Of a DNA stretch of 36,722 nt, positions 26,776 through 36,383 are shown piece by piece (position 1 is the first letter of the stretch; the number at the start of each line of letters is the position of its first letter). The notes below the pieces were generated by a model. The model was not told where the DNA came from and did no database searches. It worked only from the letters and a program-made list of their open reading frames with translations. A program made the translations under genes and the position numbers. The DNA lies in the IMG/VR virus record IMGVR_UViG_3300020045_017575, positions 1-36,722 of that record. One strand, written 5' to 3'. Source of the stretch: a virus. Lineage: Duplodnaviria > Caudoviricetes.

Positions 26776-26937
26776 TCACTTTCCTTTATTATCGTGAGCT
26801 ATTAGCATCTTTGCTGCTATCTCAAACCATTGCTTGAGCGTTACCCCTCGCATAATTGCTGAATACTTCACTTCTTTTATGAGTTCGGGGTCCATATCAA
26901 CTACTATTCTGGGACGTTTAATATCTTTATATTCCAT
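26776..26937 (-). CDS. 53-aa ribbon-helix-helix-like regulator (below ORF-track cutoff)
   Basis: MEYKDIKRPRIVVDMDPELIKEVKYSAIMRGVTLKQWFEIAAKMLIAHDNKGK; AAGGA SD. Confidence 0.65.
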   Translation of the reverse strand: MEYKDIKRPRIVVDMDPELIKEVKYSAIMRGVTLKQWFEIAAKMLIAHDNKGK

Positions 26938-26946
26938 AAATTTCCT

Positions 26947-27354
26947 TTAACCCAGAAAGTTTTTAATTGCTGATGATATAATATCTCCAACGCCTATGTA
27001 GCATTTTCCACAATTACTACCAACTCTTTCAAATCTTCTTTTCATAAACAATAAACAGTGTAATGTGAGTTGATCTACTTCGGTATCTATCGGCATCGGC
27101 AGATCTTTTTCCCTCTTGCATGATTGTTGCCAATTATATTGTATTTTAGGGCTATGATACTCAGCCCACATTTTTGCTATAGAATTTTTTAAATCATTTT
27201 GTATTGATTTTTCAAATGAAAAATCTGTTATGTCATAATATTTATCATGTAAAAGATTTTCATAATGTGATTTTAATAAATCATGCGCACGTTTGCTTAC
27301 TGAAAATTCTACCGAATGAATTTTTTTACTAAGCACTATTTCTGCAATTTTCAT
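26947..27354 (-). CDS. Hypothetical protein
   Basis: First gene of the leftward operon. Confidence 0.6.
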   Translation of the reverse strand: MKIAEIVLSKKIHSVEFSVSKRAHDLLKSHYENLLHDKYYDITDFSFEKSIQNDLKNSIAKMWAEYHSPKIQYNWQQSCKREKDLPMPIDTEVDQLTLHCLLFMKRRFERVGSNCGKCYIGVGDIISSAIKNFLG

Positions 27355-27396
27355 ATTTATTATCTTTCTAGATTATTGAGGTTACTTTCACCTCTA

Positions 27397-27425
27397 ACTA
27401 TACCACCTTGACATAAAGGTGTCAA
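27397..27425 (-). promoter_or_regulatory. Near-consensus sigma70 promoter overlapping a palindrome
   Basis: Minus strand TTGACA-N17-TATAGT; TTGACA-N6-TGTCAA dyad at 27408-27425. Confidence 0.7.
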
Positions 27426-27499
27426 CTCTTGTTTTTTATTAAGATCGTATGGTTTGCTTGTAGTAGTGTAAAATTTATAGCCCTTACCGGAGATTTTTA

Positions 27500-29155
27500 A
27501 TGGCAAGTAACAACATTTACAGTCCACGTGGCGCTGGTCAATTTACGACATCGCTTGAAGTGAACCCGCTGAATATTATCGCAAAGCGAGGACCGACGGT
27601 TCACGATAAGGCTGTTATTGGCCAAATATGGATCAACACCTTAACTGATACGGTTTTTCAACTTACTTCTTTTGATTCTGGTGATGCAATATGGACCTCT
27701 AGTGTGGCTTCTGCTGGCGGAACATTTACCTCGGTAACAATTACCGGTGGCGCTGGTACCGTTCTTCAGGTAGATGAGGGTGACATAGTATCTACCCTTG
27801 GTGATTTCACCTTAACCAATGGTAATGCCACTATTGGTGGTAACTTAGATGTGACGGGCGATGTTACTGTTACAGGTGACTTTGACCTGACTTCCGCTGA
27901 CGCAATAGCATTTACTACCACCTCAAACACTGTTGGTGCTATTACTCTTGCCACTAATGGTGGAACTTCTGAAACAATATTTATTCATTCTGATCAAGGT
28001 ACGTCGGCAACCTCTATAAACTTACTGTCAGATGTTGGGGGCATTACTTTAAATGCAGCTGCAAATGCCACAACTGATGCTATAAACCTATCTGCTGGAG
28101 CGGGCGGTATTGATGTAGATGCGGCATTGGAAATAAATATTAATTCTTCTGAAGAATCTAACAATGCAATAGTATTACAGGCATCTGGTGCTGCTGGTGG
28201 TGTTGCGGTAATAACGGGATCTGGCGGATTTGGATTGAGTACTGCTGATGGAGTAGTTGTTATAGAGTCTGGCACAGGCGATATAGAAATTGGTGCTGAT
28301 GCTACTGCCAAGTCTATAACAATTGGTTCAACAACTGCGGGAACAACGGTTGAAATTGATACCGCAACTTCATTTGTTCTTGATGGGGGTACTGCAACAA
28401 CCTATGACATTGGTGCATCTACCACAACAGGAACGATCACTATCGGTGGCACAGCTCAAACAGGAAATATAAGTCTGGGTACATCTTCCGGATCTAATGG
28501 CGTTATCATTGCTGGTGGAACTGGTGCGTCTACCGTTGCTATAGCAAATTCACAAACAGCTGGCGCTGTTATTGTTGGCCTTAGTATGACTACTGGCCTC
28601 ATAACAATCGGTGGAACAGCTCAAACAGGTAACTTAACCCTCGGGTCTTCTTCTGGTGCGCAAACTATTCGCATTGCCAATGGCGCTGGTGCTAGTGTTG
28701 TCAATATTGCAAACAATCAAGTTGACGGATCAGTATCTATTGGTGCTGGCATGACTACCGGGACAGTGTCCATTGGTGGTACTGGATTACAAACGGGAAC
28801 GGTCAGCTTGGCTCCGGGAACTGGCGCGCAAACGGTTAACATAGGTACTGGCGGCACTGGTATCAAAACGGTCAATATAGGTACTGGTGCTGTTGCAAAT
28901 ATTGTTACTATTGGCGCAACAACTGGCGCTGCTGACACAACAATTAGAGCTGGAACTACTGGTATAACCCTCGACGCTCCATTTGTAGCGCTCCCTGGAC
29001 CTGTTTACATGTACACAGGTGCTGGCGCTCCAGGAAATGGCCTCGCTCTTCATATTGGGGACATGTTCGTAAGAACTGATGCTGGCGGAGCGACGGAAAG
29101 ACTCTATATTGCAACCGGTGTGGGCTCGTGGACAAACGTCACCTGCGCAGCGTAA
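27500..29155 (+). CDS. Tail fibre/spike with G/T/I-rich beta repeats
   Basis: Repeated TTGxITIGGTAQTGNxxLGxSSG units; N-terminal domain shared with 32527. Confidence 0.7.
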   Translation: MASNNIYSPRGAGQFTTSLEVNPLNIIAKRGPTVHDKAVIGQIWINTLTDTVFQLTSFDSGDAIWTSSVASAGGTFTSVTITGGAGTVLQVDEGDIVSTLGDFTLTNGNATIGGNLDVTGDVTVTGDFDLTSADAIAFTTTSNTVGAITLATNGGTSETIFIHSDQGTSATSINLLSDVGGITLNAAANATTDAINLSAGAGGIDVDAALEININSSEESNNAIVLQASGAAGGVAVITGSGGFGLSTADGVVVIESGTGDIEIGADATAKSITIGSTTAGTTVEIDTATSFVLDGGTATTYDIGASTTTGTITIGGTAQTGNISLGTSSGSNGVIIAGGTGASTVAIANSQTAGAVIVGLSMTTGLITIGGTAQTGNLTLGSSSGAQTIRIANGAGASVVNIANNQVDGSVSIGAGMTTGTVSIGGTGLQTGTVSLAPGTGAQTVNIGTGGTGIKTVNIGTGAVANIVTIGATTGAADTTIRAGTTGITLDAPFVALPGPVYMYTGAGAPGNGLALHIGDMFVRTDAGGATERLYIATGVGSWTNVTCAA

Positions 29156-29227
29156 ACTTGTAGAAAAATAGGGTCATTATATAATCATCTTGGACGTATT
29201 TTTTTTATATTACCTAAGGATTATATA

Positions 29228-29836
29228 ATGACCCTACCTAAAAATTGTGAGTTGTGTGGAAAAGTTTACGAATGCCGTGCAGATAAAATATCTTCTTCAA
29301 GGTTTTGTTCTGTTAGATGTAGGAGTATAAACGGCGGTAAAGCTTCATGGATTAAGTGTCAAGAAAATTGGAAGAAAGATTCGAAAGAGGAGTTTATGTT
29401 AAAGATGAAAAATTCTTTCGAATCTTTCTTCGAAAAAGGCTCAGAGATTAAATGTTGGTTATGGAAACAAAAAATGGGGAAGGCCTCTAGTGATTATGGT
29501 AGTTTTACATTTAGAGGAATTGGTTATAAATCAAATCGTGTCGCATGGATGATATTTAGAGGAGAAATCCCTAAAGATACTTATGTTTTACACACCTGCG
29601 ATGTTCGCAATTGCGTTAATCCTAATCATTTATTTTTAGGTACTCATGCTGACAATATGCATGATATGGCACAAAAAAAAAGGGCAAAACCTCGATGCAA
29701 GTTGAGCGAAGAACAAGTTTCTGAAGTGAGAAGACTATTAGCTTTGGGGGTAACTACTGTAAGAATAGCAAAAGATTATGGCGTTACTTCAACCTGCATT
29801 TGGTATATAAAACATAATAAAAGTTGGAATAAATAA
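29228..29836 (+). CDS. Free-standing HNH homing endonuclease (Zn finger, HNH, HTH)
   Basis: CWLW...YG...RVAW...GEIP...VLHTCDVRNCVNPNHLFLGTHADNMHDM; C-terminal KLSEEQV...IAKDYGV. Confidence 0.9.
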   Translation: MTLPKNCELCGKVYECRADKISSSRFCSVRCRSINGGKASWIKCQENWKKDSKEEFMLKMKNSFESFFEKGSEIKCWLWKQKMGKASSDYGSFTFRGIGYKSNRVAWMIFRGEIPKDTYVLHTCDVRNCVNPNHLFLGTHADNMHDMAQKKRAKPRCKLSEEQVSEVRRLLALGVTTVRIAKDYGVTSTCIWYIKHNKSWNK

Positions 29837-29855
29837 TTATTTTCTAAGGATCTTT

Positions 29856-30071
29856 ATGAATCAATACGCACTACTTCACTTTGCTATAACAAAAAATGAC
29901 CGATTATTCCAAATTCTGATCCAACCAGGAACTCCTTGGGAAGACTTGGATGAGGTTCTTAGAGAATTTCATGTTGAGTTTGGCAAGATCAAACAAGAAC
30001 AGATTGATTTGGCGGCTTCTAAAGAAGTTGCTGATAAACAATCAGGCAGTGCTGAAATAGTTAATCTTTAA
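29856..30071 (+). CDS. Hypothetical protein
   Basis: AAGGA SD; in the tail cluster. Confidence 0.65.
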   Translation: MNQYALLHFAITKNDRLFQILIQPGTPWEDLDEVLREFHVEFGKIKQEQIDLAASKEVADKQSGSAEIVNL

Positions 30072-30080
30072 GGAGTTTTT

Positions 30081-30428
30081 ATGGCCGCCAATGCTCAGCG
30101 CGTTAAATTTGAAACTATAAGATCTATTGCTTATACCGCTATTACTACTTCACTTGTTGCTATTGGGGAACCATTTGATAACCCAATTCGCCTTATATGT
30201 ATAGACAACTTTACTAACGCAAGTATTTTTATTTCTTTTGATGGGATAAATGATCACACGGTGGTGGCTGCTATTAGTGGTAGAGTATTTGATTACGCTA
30301 CCAATCGGGTTGGGCCTGAAGATAGACTCGAACAGCCAGTTAATGTGCAAGTATTTGTAAGAAGGCAAGCAGGAGCGCCAACAAGTGGATCTGTTTATGT
30401 GACAACTATGTATGCTGCATCTAATTAA
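30081..30428 (+). CDS. Small beta-rich structural protein
   Basis: AAGGAG SD; in the tail cluster. Confidence 0.65.
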   Translation: MAANAQRVKFETIRSIAYTAITTSLVAIGEPFDNPIRLICIDNFTNASIFISFDGINDHTVVAAISGRVFDYATNRVGPEDRLEQPVNVQVFVRRQAGAPTSGSVYVTTMYAASN

Positions 30429-30437
30429 GGGGATAAC

Positions 30438-31364
30438 GTGTCACAGATTACAACTTATCTACAGCCCAGTGGTCCTGGTAGCGGTACCGTTACTTCTGTT
30501 TCTGGTGGCGTTGGTATTAATATAACGGGCGTAGCTACTATAAATCCTACCGTCAACTTAGATATTCCCGTTATTGTTGAAAATGGAGGTACTGGCGCTA
30601 TTACCTTCACTGCAAACGGTGTAATGATTGGAAATGGTACCTCAGCATTATCGGTAACTGCAGAAGGTGCAACGGGACAAGTTCTTACTGGTGTTACCGG
30701 TAGCCCTCCTGTATGGGCATCTCCCGCAGCTAGTGATATATCTATTACTGGTGATAGTGGTGGCGCTCTTACTGGTGCGTCATTTACCTTTACTGGTGGC
30801 ACAACAGGTCTTACTTTTGCTGGCGCTAGTTCAACCGAAACATTGGGTGGAACCCTGGTCGTTGCTAATGGAGGTACTGGCGTAGCAACATTCACTGCTT
30901 ATAGTGTTATTTGTGCAGGAACTACGGCAACAGGAGCTTTTCAAAATGTCTCTGGTCTGGGAAGTGCTACTCAGGTATTAACCTCAAATGGTGCCGGTGC
31001 TTTACCAACCTGGCAAGCTGCTAGTGGAGGGTCGGGCTTTACCTGGTCAGTAATTACGGCAGATCAGAATGCTGCCGTTAATAATGGTTACATATGTAAT
31101 AAAGCGGGTTTATTGATTTTAACACTACCAACAACTGCCGCGGTAGGAACACTTATAGAAGTAGCTGGCATGAATACCAATCTTGGCTGGCGAATAGCAC
31201 AAAATGCTTCCCAACAGATACATTTTGGTGCGTTCAATACAACTTCAGGAGTAGGTGGCAGTCTTGCTTCTACCTTACAATATGATGCGGTAAGACTTGT
31301 ATGTAGTGTTGCTGATTTAGAGTGGATTGTAATTTCCAGTTTAGGAAACGTTACCGTTGTTTAA
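30438..31364 (+). CDS. Tail fibre protein
   Basis: GTVTSV, repeated VxNGGTG and GQVLTSNG..ALPTWQ motifs; C-terminal LTLPTTAAVG domain. Confidence 0.8.
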   Translation: MSQITTYLQPSGPGSGTVTSVSGGVGINITGVATINPTVNLDIPVIVENGGTGAITFTANGVMIGNGTSALSVTAEGATGQVLTGVTGSPPVWASPAASDISITGDSGGALTGASFTFTGGTTGLTFAGASSTETLGGTLVVANGGTGVATFTAYSVICAGTTATGAFQNVSGLGSATQVLTSNGAGALPTWQAASGGSGFTWSVITADQNAAVNNGYICNKAGLLILTLPTTAAVGTLIEVAGMNTNLGWRIAQNASQQIHFGAFNTTSGVGGSLASTLQYDAVRLVCSVADLEWIVISSLGNVTVV

Positions 31365-31373
31365 GGAGTTTTG

Positions 31374-32309
31374 ATGGCAACAAATAATGCTATAAATGGG
31401 GTAACTGGTTCAAAAATAACCAAGTATACCGCCAGTGATACATGGACCAAAGACGTTAATACTCAATATGTATATGTCTACGTATGGAATGGTGGTGGCG
31501 GTGGCGCATCCGGTAGACAAGCTACTTCAACTACTAGTGGCGGCGGAGGCGGCGGTGCGTCTGGTGGAGTTTGTACCTGGAGCGGCTATGCCGGTCTATT
31601 GGGATCAACTGAAACAGTAACGGTGGCTGCTGGCGGTTCGGGTGGCGCAACTCAAGCATCTGCGACGTCTAATGGAAACCCTGGTGGCTTGTCGCCAGTA
31701 TCTTCTTTTGGCCGCATAAAAATTACTTCATCGGCAACGCAATCGGTTGGCGGTACGGTAACTACGGCAGCAGCGGGGGCTAATAATGTATTTTTTATTT
31801 ATAACATGGGTACAAACACCAGCGTTCAGCTTGCTGCAGCAGGAAATGGTGGAAATGTAGCGGGATCAAATGCATCTCCATCGGGAGCAACTGGGTCAAT
31901 TGCTCTAACTATGATATCGCAGCAGGTAGGTACTGGTGGTGGTGGCGGATCGGGTGCTGATGCGGTGGTTGCTCGTCAAGCTGGCAATGGTGGTGACGTT
32001 GTGTTTTTCGGAGCAAATCTAATAGCAACTCCAGAGGTTGCCTTGTCGGGTGGCGCTGGTGGTATATCAACAGGAACTATTGATGGAGGCGCTGGGACTG
32101 ATGCGGTTAATGCTTCTGGCGGAATAGTATTTGGCGGAACTGGTGGTGGCGGCGGCGGCGGAATGGTTGCCGGTGTTGCGGGAAATGGTGGAAATGGCGG
32201 TATCCCTTCTGGCGGCGGTGGCGGTGGCGGTGGATCCATTAACGGCACAACGTCTGGTGCTGGTGGTGACGGCGGTCGCGGTGAAGTATGGGTTATTGAA
32301 ATTTATTAA
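31374..32309 (+). CDS. Glycine-rich tail adhesin-like protein
   Basis: WTKD...VWNGGGGG start, multiple poly-Gly tracts, GGRGEVWVIEIY end. Confidence 0.75.
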   Translation: MATNNAINGVTGSKITKYTASDTWTKDVNTQYVYVYVWNGGGGGASGRQATSTTSGGGGGGASGGVCTWSGYAGLLGSTETVTVAAGGSGGATQASATSNGNPGGLSPVSSFGRIKITSSATQSVGGTVTTAAAGANNVFFIYNMGTNTSVQLAAAGNGGNVAGSNASPSGATGSIALTMISQQVGTGGGGGSGADAVVARQAGNGGDVVFFGANLIATPEVALSGGAGGISTGTIDGGAGTDAVNASGGIVFGGTGGGGGGGMVAGVAGNGGNGGIPSGGGGGGGGSINGTTSGAGGDGGRGEVWVIEIY

Positions 32310-32318
32310 GGAGAAATA

Positions 32319-32498
32319 ATGTCACGTTTTGCAATTGTTAATGCTGAAAACAAAGTAGTTAATGTAATTATTTGGGAGGGGGGAGAGTTTCTCCCTCCTC
32401 GTGATCATATGGTAGTTAAATGCCCAACTGGTCATACCAATATTGGGGACACTTATGATGTAAGTAATAACTCGTTTATTAAGCCTGTTGTTCAATAG
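32319..32498 (+). CDS. 59-aa putative tail-fibre chaperone (below ORF-track cutoff)
   Basis: AAGGAG SD; MSRFAIVNAENKVVNVIIW...IGDTYD...F.KP pattern typical of genes following Gly-rich fibres. Confidence 0.7.
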   Translation: MSRFAIVNAENKVVNVIIWEGGEFLPPRDHMVVKCPTGHTNIGDTYDVSNNSFIKPVVQ

Positions 32499-32526
32499 AA
32501 TCACTTATTAACCAAAGGGGTGATCT

Positions 32527-34035
32527 ATGAGTAATTTAAATAGTTCTGGTGGTGGATTACAGTATCGTGGAACCAAGGCGATACAACCACCAAACTGTAG
32601 CTTTCACACAAGAGACCCAAATGAATTCGATAGGTTTGGGTATTCTCTTTTAGATCTTTGGCTCAACACTACCACTGATAGAATATTTTGCTTGGTATCC
32701 CTTGAAGGCAATGCATCTTCAGCTGGAATTAGGGCGATATGGTCCCCGTTAGAGTCTGGGAGTTCTACTGGCGGTATTTTAAATACGACTGGCAATGATG
32801 CGGTAGAAGTGTTTCCAGATGTCGTGGGTAATTTGAATATTATGGGGACTGACCCACTATTCGTAACAGGAAATCCTGGCACAAATACTGAAACGATTAC
32901 CATTGCTACCGCAACAACCGCACAGATTGGAGCAACTACCCTTGCTACAAGTGCACAAACTCGCACTGGCACTAACTCTACTAATGTAGTTACTCCTGTT
33001 GGTCTTGCGTCTAAGCTTGGTACTCAGACTACGAATGCGGTTCCTTTTAGTCAGGGATCTACCAGCGCATTTGGTTGGACATCGGCTGGCACTGATGGGC
33101 AGGTTATTATAGCCTCGACAGGAAGTAGTCCCAATTTTGCTACCATAACTTCCGGTGATGGATCAATAACTTTTATTCCCGGATCGAACAGTCTCGATAT
33201 AAGAGCTTCTATATCGGGAGGTTCAAATATAAAGACAACCGTATTTGATACGCCAGGCACCTATGATTTCACCAAAGACCCCCTTGCGAAAGTTGTAGAA
33301 GTTTGGGGATGGGGAGGTGGTGGAGGAGGAATTGGTGCTACCAGCGGCGTTTTTGGTGGAGTTGGCGGTGGATCTGGTAGCTCTATGCATTATAAAATTC
33401 CAGAATCAGCAATAGATAACGGGCTGCTTGTCAATTTTATTGTTGTTGGTGCTGGGGGCCTAGGGTTAAGCGCTACCAGTTCATTAACTAATGGAACTTA
33501 TACAGGATTTGGTAATTGGCAAACAGAGAGTGTGAATAATGGCCCTGGTCAAGGTGGTGCTTTTGGGAGTGCGCTTGGTGGAAAACTCGTCTCTTTAACT
33601 AATTTAACTGCTAATCAGGGCGGTTCATCTGAGTCAAATGGTGGTGTAGGGCTTGGTGGATTCTCTAATGTTTTTGGCGCTATGATGCCAACTGGTGGAG
33701 GTGGCGGTGGCGGAAGCTTTACCGTCCCATCAGCGGGAGGTCAAGGAGGTAGGGTAACTGCTAGAGGAACCAGCGCTACAATACTAGCTGGTGGAGTAGG
33801 CGGCGCTGTTGGTATAGATGGAGGTTCTGGAGTTGATGGTTATCCAACCCCGAGTGGCCTTAATTTTCTGTGCGGCGGTACTGGAGGAGGTGGTGGTGGC
33901 ACCGGAGCTGATGGTGGAAATGGAGGATTTCCTGGCGGTGGTGGCGGTGGTGGCGGAAGTTTTGCCGGATCAGCTACCTTTGGCGGCAATGGTGGCGATG
34001 GACTTCTTATAGTTATTGAATATCTATCAGATTAG
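32527..34035 (+). CDS. Tail fibre with C-terminal glycine-rich domain
   Basis: N-terminal anchor like 27500; ATT...G...LAT..Q...GT...VTP repeat; Gly-rich C-terminus paralogous to 31374. Confidence 0.8.
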   Translation: MSNLNSSGGGLQYRGTKAIQPPNCSFHTRDPNEFDRFGYSLLDLWLNTTTDRIFCLVSLEGNASSAGIRAIWSPLESGSSTGGILNTTGNDAVEVFPDVVGNLNIMGTDPLFVTGNPGTNTETITIATATTAQIGATTLATSAQTRTGTNSTNVVTPVGLASKLGTQTTNAVPFSQGSTSAFGWTSAGTDGQVIIASTGSSPNFATITSGDGSITFIPGSNSLDIRASISGGSNIKTTVFDTPGTYDFTKDPLAKVVEVWGWGGGGGGIGATSGVFGGVGGGSGSSMHYKIPESAIDNGLLVNFIVVGAGGLGLSATSSLTNGTYTGFGNWQTESVNNGPGQGGAFGSALGGKLVSLTNLTANQGGSSESNGGVGLGGFSNVFGAMMPTGGGGGGGSFTVPSAGGQGGRVTARGTSATILAGGVGGAVGIDGGSGVDGYPTPSGLNFLCGGTGGGGGGTGADGGNGGFPGGGGGGGGSFAGSATFGGNGGDGLLIVIEYLSD

Positions 34036-34043
34036 ATTTATAT

Positions 34044-34084
34044 CACAGCCCGGGTAAGCAACACCGGAGTGAGTCCGGGCTGTG
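34044..34084. terminator. GC-rich hairpin between convergent genes
   Basis: CACAGCCCGG...CCGGGCTGTG. Confidence 0.6.
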
Positions 34085-34098
34085 TTTCTCTAGAGAAC

Positions 34099-34341
34099 TT
34101 AACAAGCGTATTTCGCATTTAATTCTGATAGATCTTCATAAAAGTCACATATAATTTCTTCATAATCTTCTTCGCGTAGACAATCAAGGCTCAGAATGTT
34201 GTATTTCTTGCAGAGATGATTTACTAATTCTGAGTCACTCATGCTATAAAGGTAATAGCCAATTCTATTTATTTCTGACATCAGTTTTCTTAAATTTTTC
34301 TCAGTGATCCTGTATTTTTCAACTGAATACTTTATTCTCAT
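34099..34341 (-). CDS. Hypothetical protein
   Basis: 80-aa ORF with its own promoter and AGGA SD. Confidence 0.6.
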   Translation of the reverse strand: MRIKYSVEKYRITEKNLRKLMSEINRIGYYLYSMSDSELVNHLCKKYNILSLDCLREEDYEEIICDFYEDLSELNAKYAC

Positions 34342-34410
34342 TTGATCATCCTGCAGTTAATAATTTACAAAATTCTGTTTAATTGTTACTATGTACATCA
34401 GCATTCACTG

Positions 34411-34448
34411 ATATACATAAGCATACATAAATATACCTAAGTAGTCAA
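34411..34448 (-). promoter_or_regulatory. sigma70-like promoter with three 10-bp direct repeats (operator candidate)
   Basis: Minus strand TTGACT-N17-TATGCT; ATATACATAA/GCATACATAA/ATATACCTAA at 34411-34440. Confidence 0.6.
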
Positions 34449-34467
34449 CAAGATAAAGAGAGAAGTT

Positions 34468-34689
34468 ATGGAAAATAAAGAATCTTTAAAAGAAATAATC
34501 GACAATCAACAACATATTCGTTTGCAGTTGACTGATATTCTTATTAAAAAGAAAATCAGTCGGTCAGCTTTAGCAAAAGATATTGGTATAAATAGAGAAA
34601 CCCTGCACAGGTTTTTGCGATTAGGGAAAGATATTGAATTATTCTTAACGCTCATGAAGGTTAAAGAGTATATTGTTAAAAACAGCTAA
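34468..34689 (+). CDS. XRE/Cro-like HTH regulator
   Basis: ISRSALAKDIGINRETLHRFLRLGKD. Confidence 0.8.
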   Translation: MENKESLKEIIDNQQHIRLQLTDILIKKKISRSALAKDIGINRETLHRFLRLGKDIELFLTLMKVKEYIVKNS

Positions 34690-34740
34690 ATATATAAATT
34701 AGAGATATTCATGGTTTTGTGGGTATCCCACAGATATACG

Positions 34741-34776
34741 GGATCGAGAAGCTGAAACTTCTCGATCCTCTTTTTA
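34741..34776 (+). terminator. Rho-independent terminator
   Basis: GGATCGAGAAG-ctgaaa-CTTCTCGATCC followed by TCTTTTT. Confidence 0.75.
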
Positions 34777-34777
34777 T

Positions 34778-35173
34778 TTAATCCCTATTTTCGTGAACCT
34801 TCTTCAGGGTTCTGATCTTATTTTTTACATACTGAAGATCTACTCTACTCAACTCACCTAATGAATCTATCTTAAAATGGTCTTGTATTGATTGAATTAA
34901 GTCAGGGTAGTGTTCTAGCTCATACATCAAGTCGTCGTACTCTATCGTTGAAATTTGGCCCAACTTTGATGATGATTTCTTGCTATCGGTAACGGTCTTC
35001 ATTCTTTCGGCAACTATCTTCTCAATATTGTTATTTTGGATCTCTATTTCAAGGGACATAATTGAGGTGCTTACTTCGTAGATTTGGTTGTGAAGAAGAG
35101 TACGATACTTTTCGAGATAGGATTTCTTTTGTTCGGAAGTTTTATTTTTTAGTATTTCATCGGTTAATTTCAT
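34778..35173 (-). CDS. Hypothetical coiled-coil protein
   Basis: 131 aa; 4-nt overlap with the upstream gene. Confidence 0.65.
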   Translation of the reverse strand: MKLTDEILKNKTSEQKKSYLEKYRTLLHNQIYEVSTSIMSLEIEIQNNNIEKIVAERMKTVTDSKKSSSKLGQISTIEYDDLMYELEHYPDLIQSIQDHFKIDSLGELSRVDLQYVKNKIRTLKKVHENRD

Positions 35174-35475
35174 GCCTTTGCCTCGCGTGTAGGTTCTTCG
35201 GTTGCGCCTGCTTTTTTAATGTCATCTATAAACTGATGGTAATCAGCCACTGCTTTATTGCAAAATGCTTGTCTTTCGGCAATAAAAACAAAGATTGGAT
35301 ACATCTCTATGAACGATTCTTGAATCTGTCTAACTAGGCGATTTATATCGTTAGTATTATTTTCAGTGATTGGTTTACCCCTGAAAAGATCAAGCTCATT
35401 GCTTAATTTTATATACTCAGCCCACTGCATAATAAAATCTTGTTCAAGATCAATAAACTTTTCCTTTAACGTCAC
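35170..35475 (-). CDS. Hypothetical protein
   Basis: 101 aa; AAGGA SD. Confidence 0.65.
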   Translation of the reverse strand: MTLKEKFIDLEQDFIMQWAEYIKLSNELDLFRGKPITENNTNDINRLVRQIQESFIEMYPIFVFIAERQAFCNKAVADYHQFIDDIKKAGATEEPTREAKA

Positions 35476-35545
35476 TTTCTTCCTTTTTAACTTGATAAAC
35501 TACTAGTTATATATATACTATTTATTAACAGGTTTAATCATTTTA

Positions 35546-35800
35546 ATGAGTAAAATATACATGGAATCAAAGATTAGGAAGAGGGTTAGGAAAAGTGATG
35601 GCATTAGCCAACCAAAGCGTACGACATTTCTTGTTGGTGCATCTACCTTGCAGATGATTAAAGCGTATGCTTATTGGAAAAGAATGCCTATACAGGAGGT
35701 GGTAGACCAGGCTCTTAATGAGTTTTTAGCAAAATCTGATGTGTTAATGACGTTGCATGAATATATGGAAAACAACAAGAAGGAACTAAATGGACAATAA
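35546..35800 (+). CDS. Ribbon-helix-helix-like DNA-binding protein
   Basis: RTTFLV...LQMIKAYAYWKRMPIQEVVDQALNEFL. Confidence 0.65.
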   Translation: MSKIYMESKIRKRVRKSDGISQPKRTTFLVGASTLQMIKAYAYWKRMPIQEVVDQALNEFLAKSDVLMTLHEYMENNKKELNGQ

Positions 35801-36383
35801 TAATCTCGCATCAGCGCTTGCTAAGGCCCAATCTGAGATGCTCATAGCTGAAGAGACTGGCTATAATCCTCACTTTAAGAGTTCCTTTTCTACCCTTAAG
35901 GATTTAATTAAAGCATCGCGCCCTGCATTAACTAAGTATGGGTTGTCGGTTACCCAGTATCCCGACTCACAAGATGGTTATAATTACCTTGTTACCAAGA
36001 TAAAGCATGCTTCTGGCCAAGAGGATGGTGGTCGTGCTCTGATTTTATTAAAGGATCCTACAGATGTTCAGAAGTATGGGTCAGCAATCTCTTACATTAA
36101 GCGCTATGCATACGCCTCAATTTGTGGCCTAGCAACAAGCGAGGGAGATGATGATGGCAATACCATAAATGATATTAGGCCTACGCAAATAAGTGCCCCA
36201 GAATCGAAATCTGATTATATTTCGAGTAAGCAAGCTTATTGGTTGAAGCAAGTAATGGCCAAAACTGAAGGGCTTGAGGAAAAAGTGCTGAAGGCGTATG
36301 GGATTCCTTCAATGGAACAGTTTCCTTGGAGAAAGGTAAAAGAGCTAAAAGAGAAGTTGGGTATTGTTGATGATAAAGAATAG
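35790..36383 (+). CDS. erf: ERF-family single-strand annealing protein
   Basis: LASALAKAQSEM, NPHFKSSF, HASGQ, QKYGSAISYIKRYAYASICGLA..DDDG. Confidence 0.9.
   Translation: MDNNNLASALAKAQSEMLIAEETGYNPHFKSSFSTLKDLIKASRPALTKYGLSVTQYPDSQDGYNYLVTKIKHASGQEDGGRALILLKDPTDVQKYGSAISYIKRYAYASICGLATSEGDDDGNTINDIRPTQISAPESKSDYISSKQAYWLKQVMAKTEGLEEKVLKAYGIPSMEQFPWRKVKELKEKLGIVDDKE

Noticed and set aside
29228-29836. HNH as the trans-acting homing partner of the capsid intron
   Set aside because: It lies about 13.5 kb away, too far for likely co-conversion, and nothing in the sequence links them.
32322-32504. Minus-strand 60-aa ORF
   Set aside because: The plus-strand 32319..32498 ORF has a strong SD and a tail-chaperone-like pattern.
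27766-33260. Antisense Pro/Ala-rich ORFs in the tail-fibre genes (e.g. 30455-30895, 31976-32248)
   Set aside because: Shadow frames of Gly/Thr-rich codons; no SD or independent motif.
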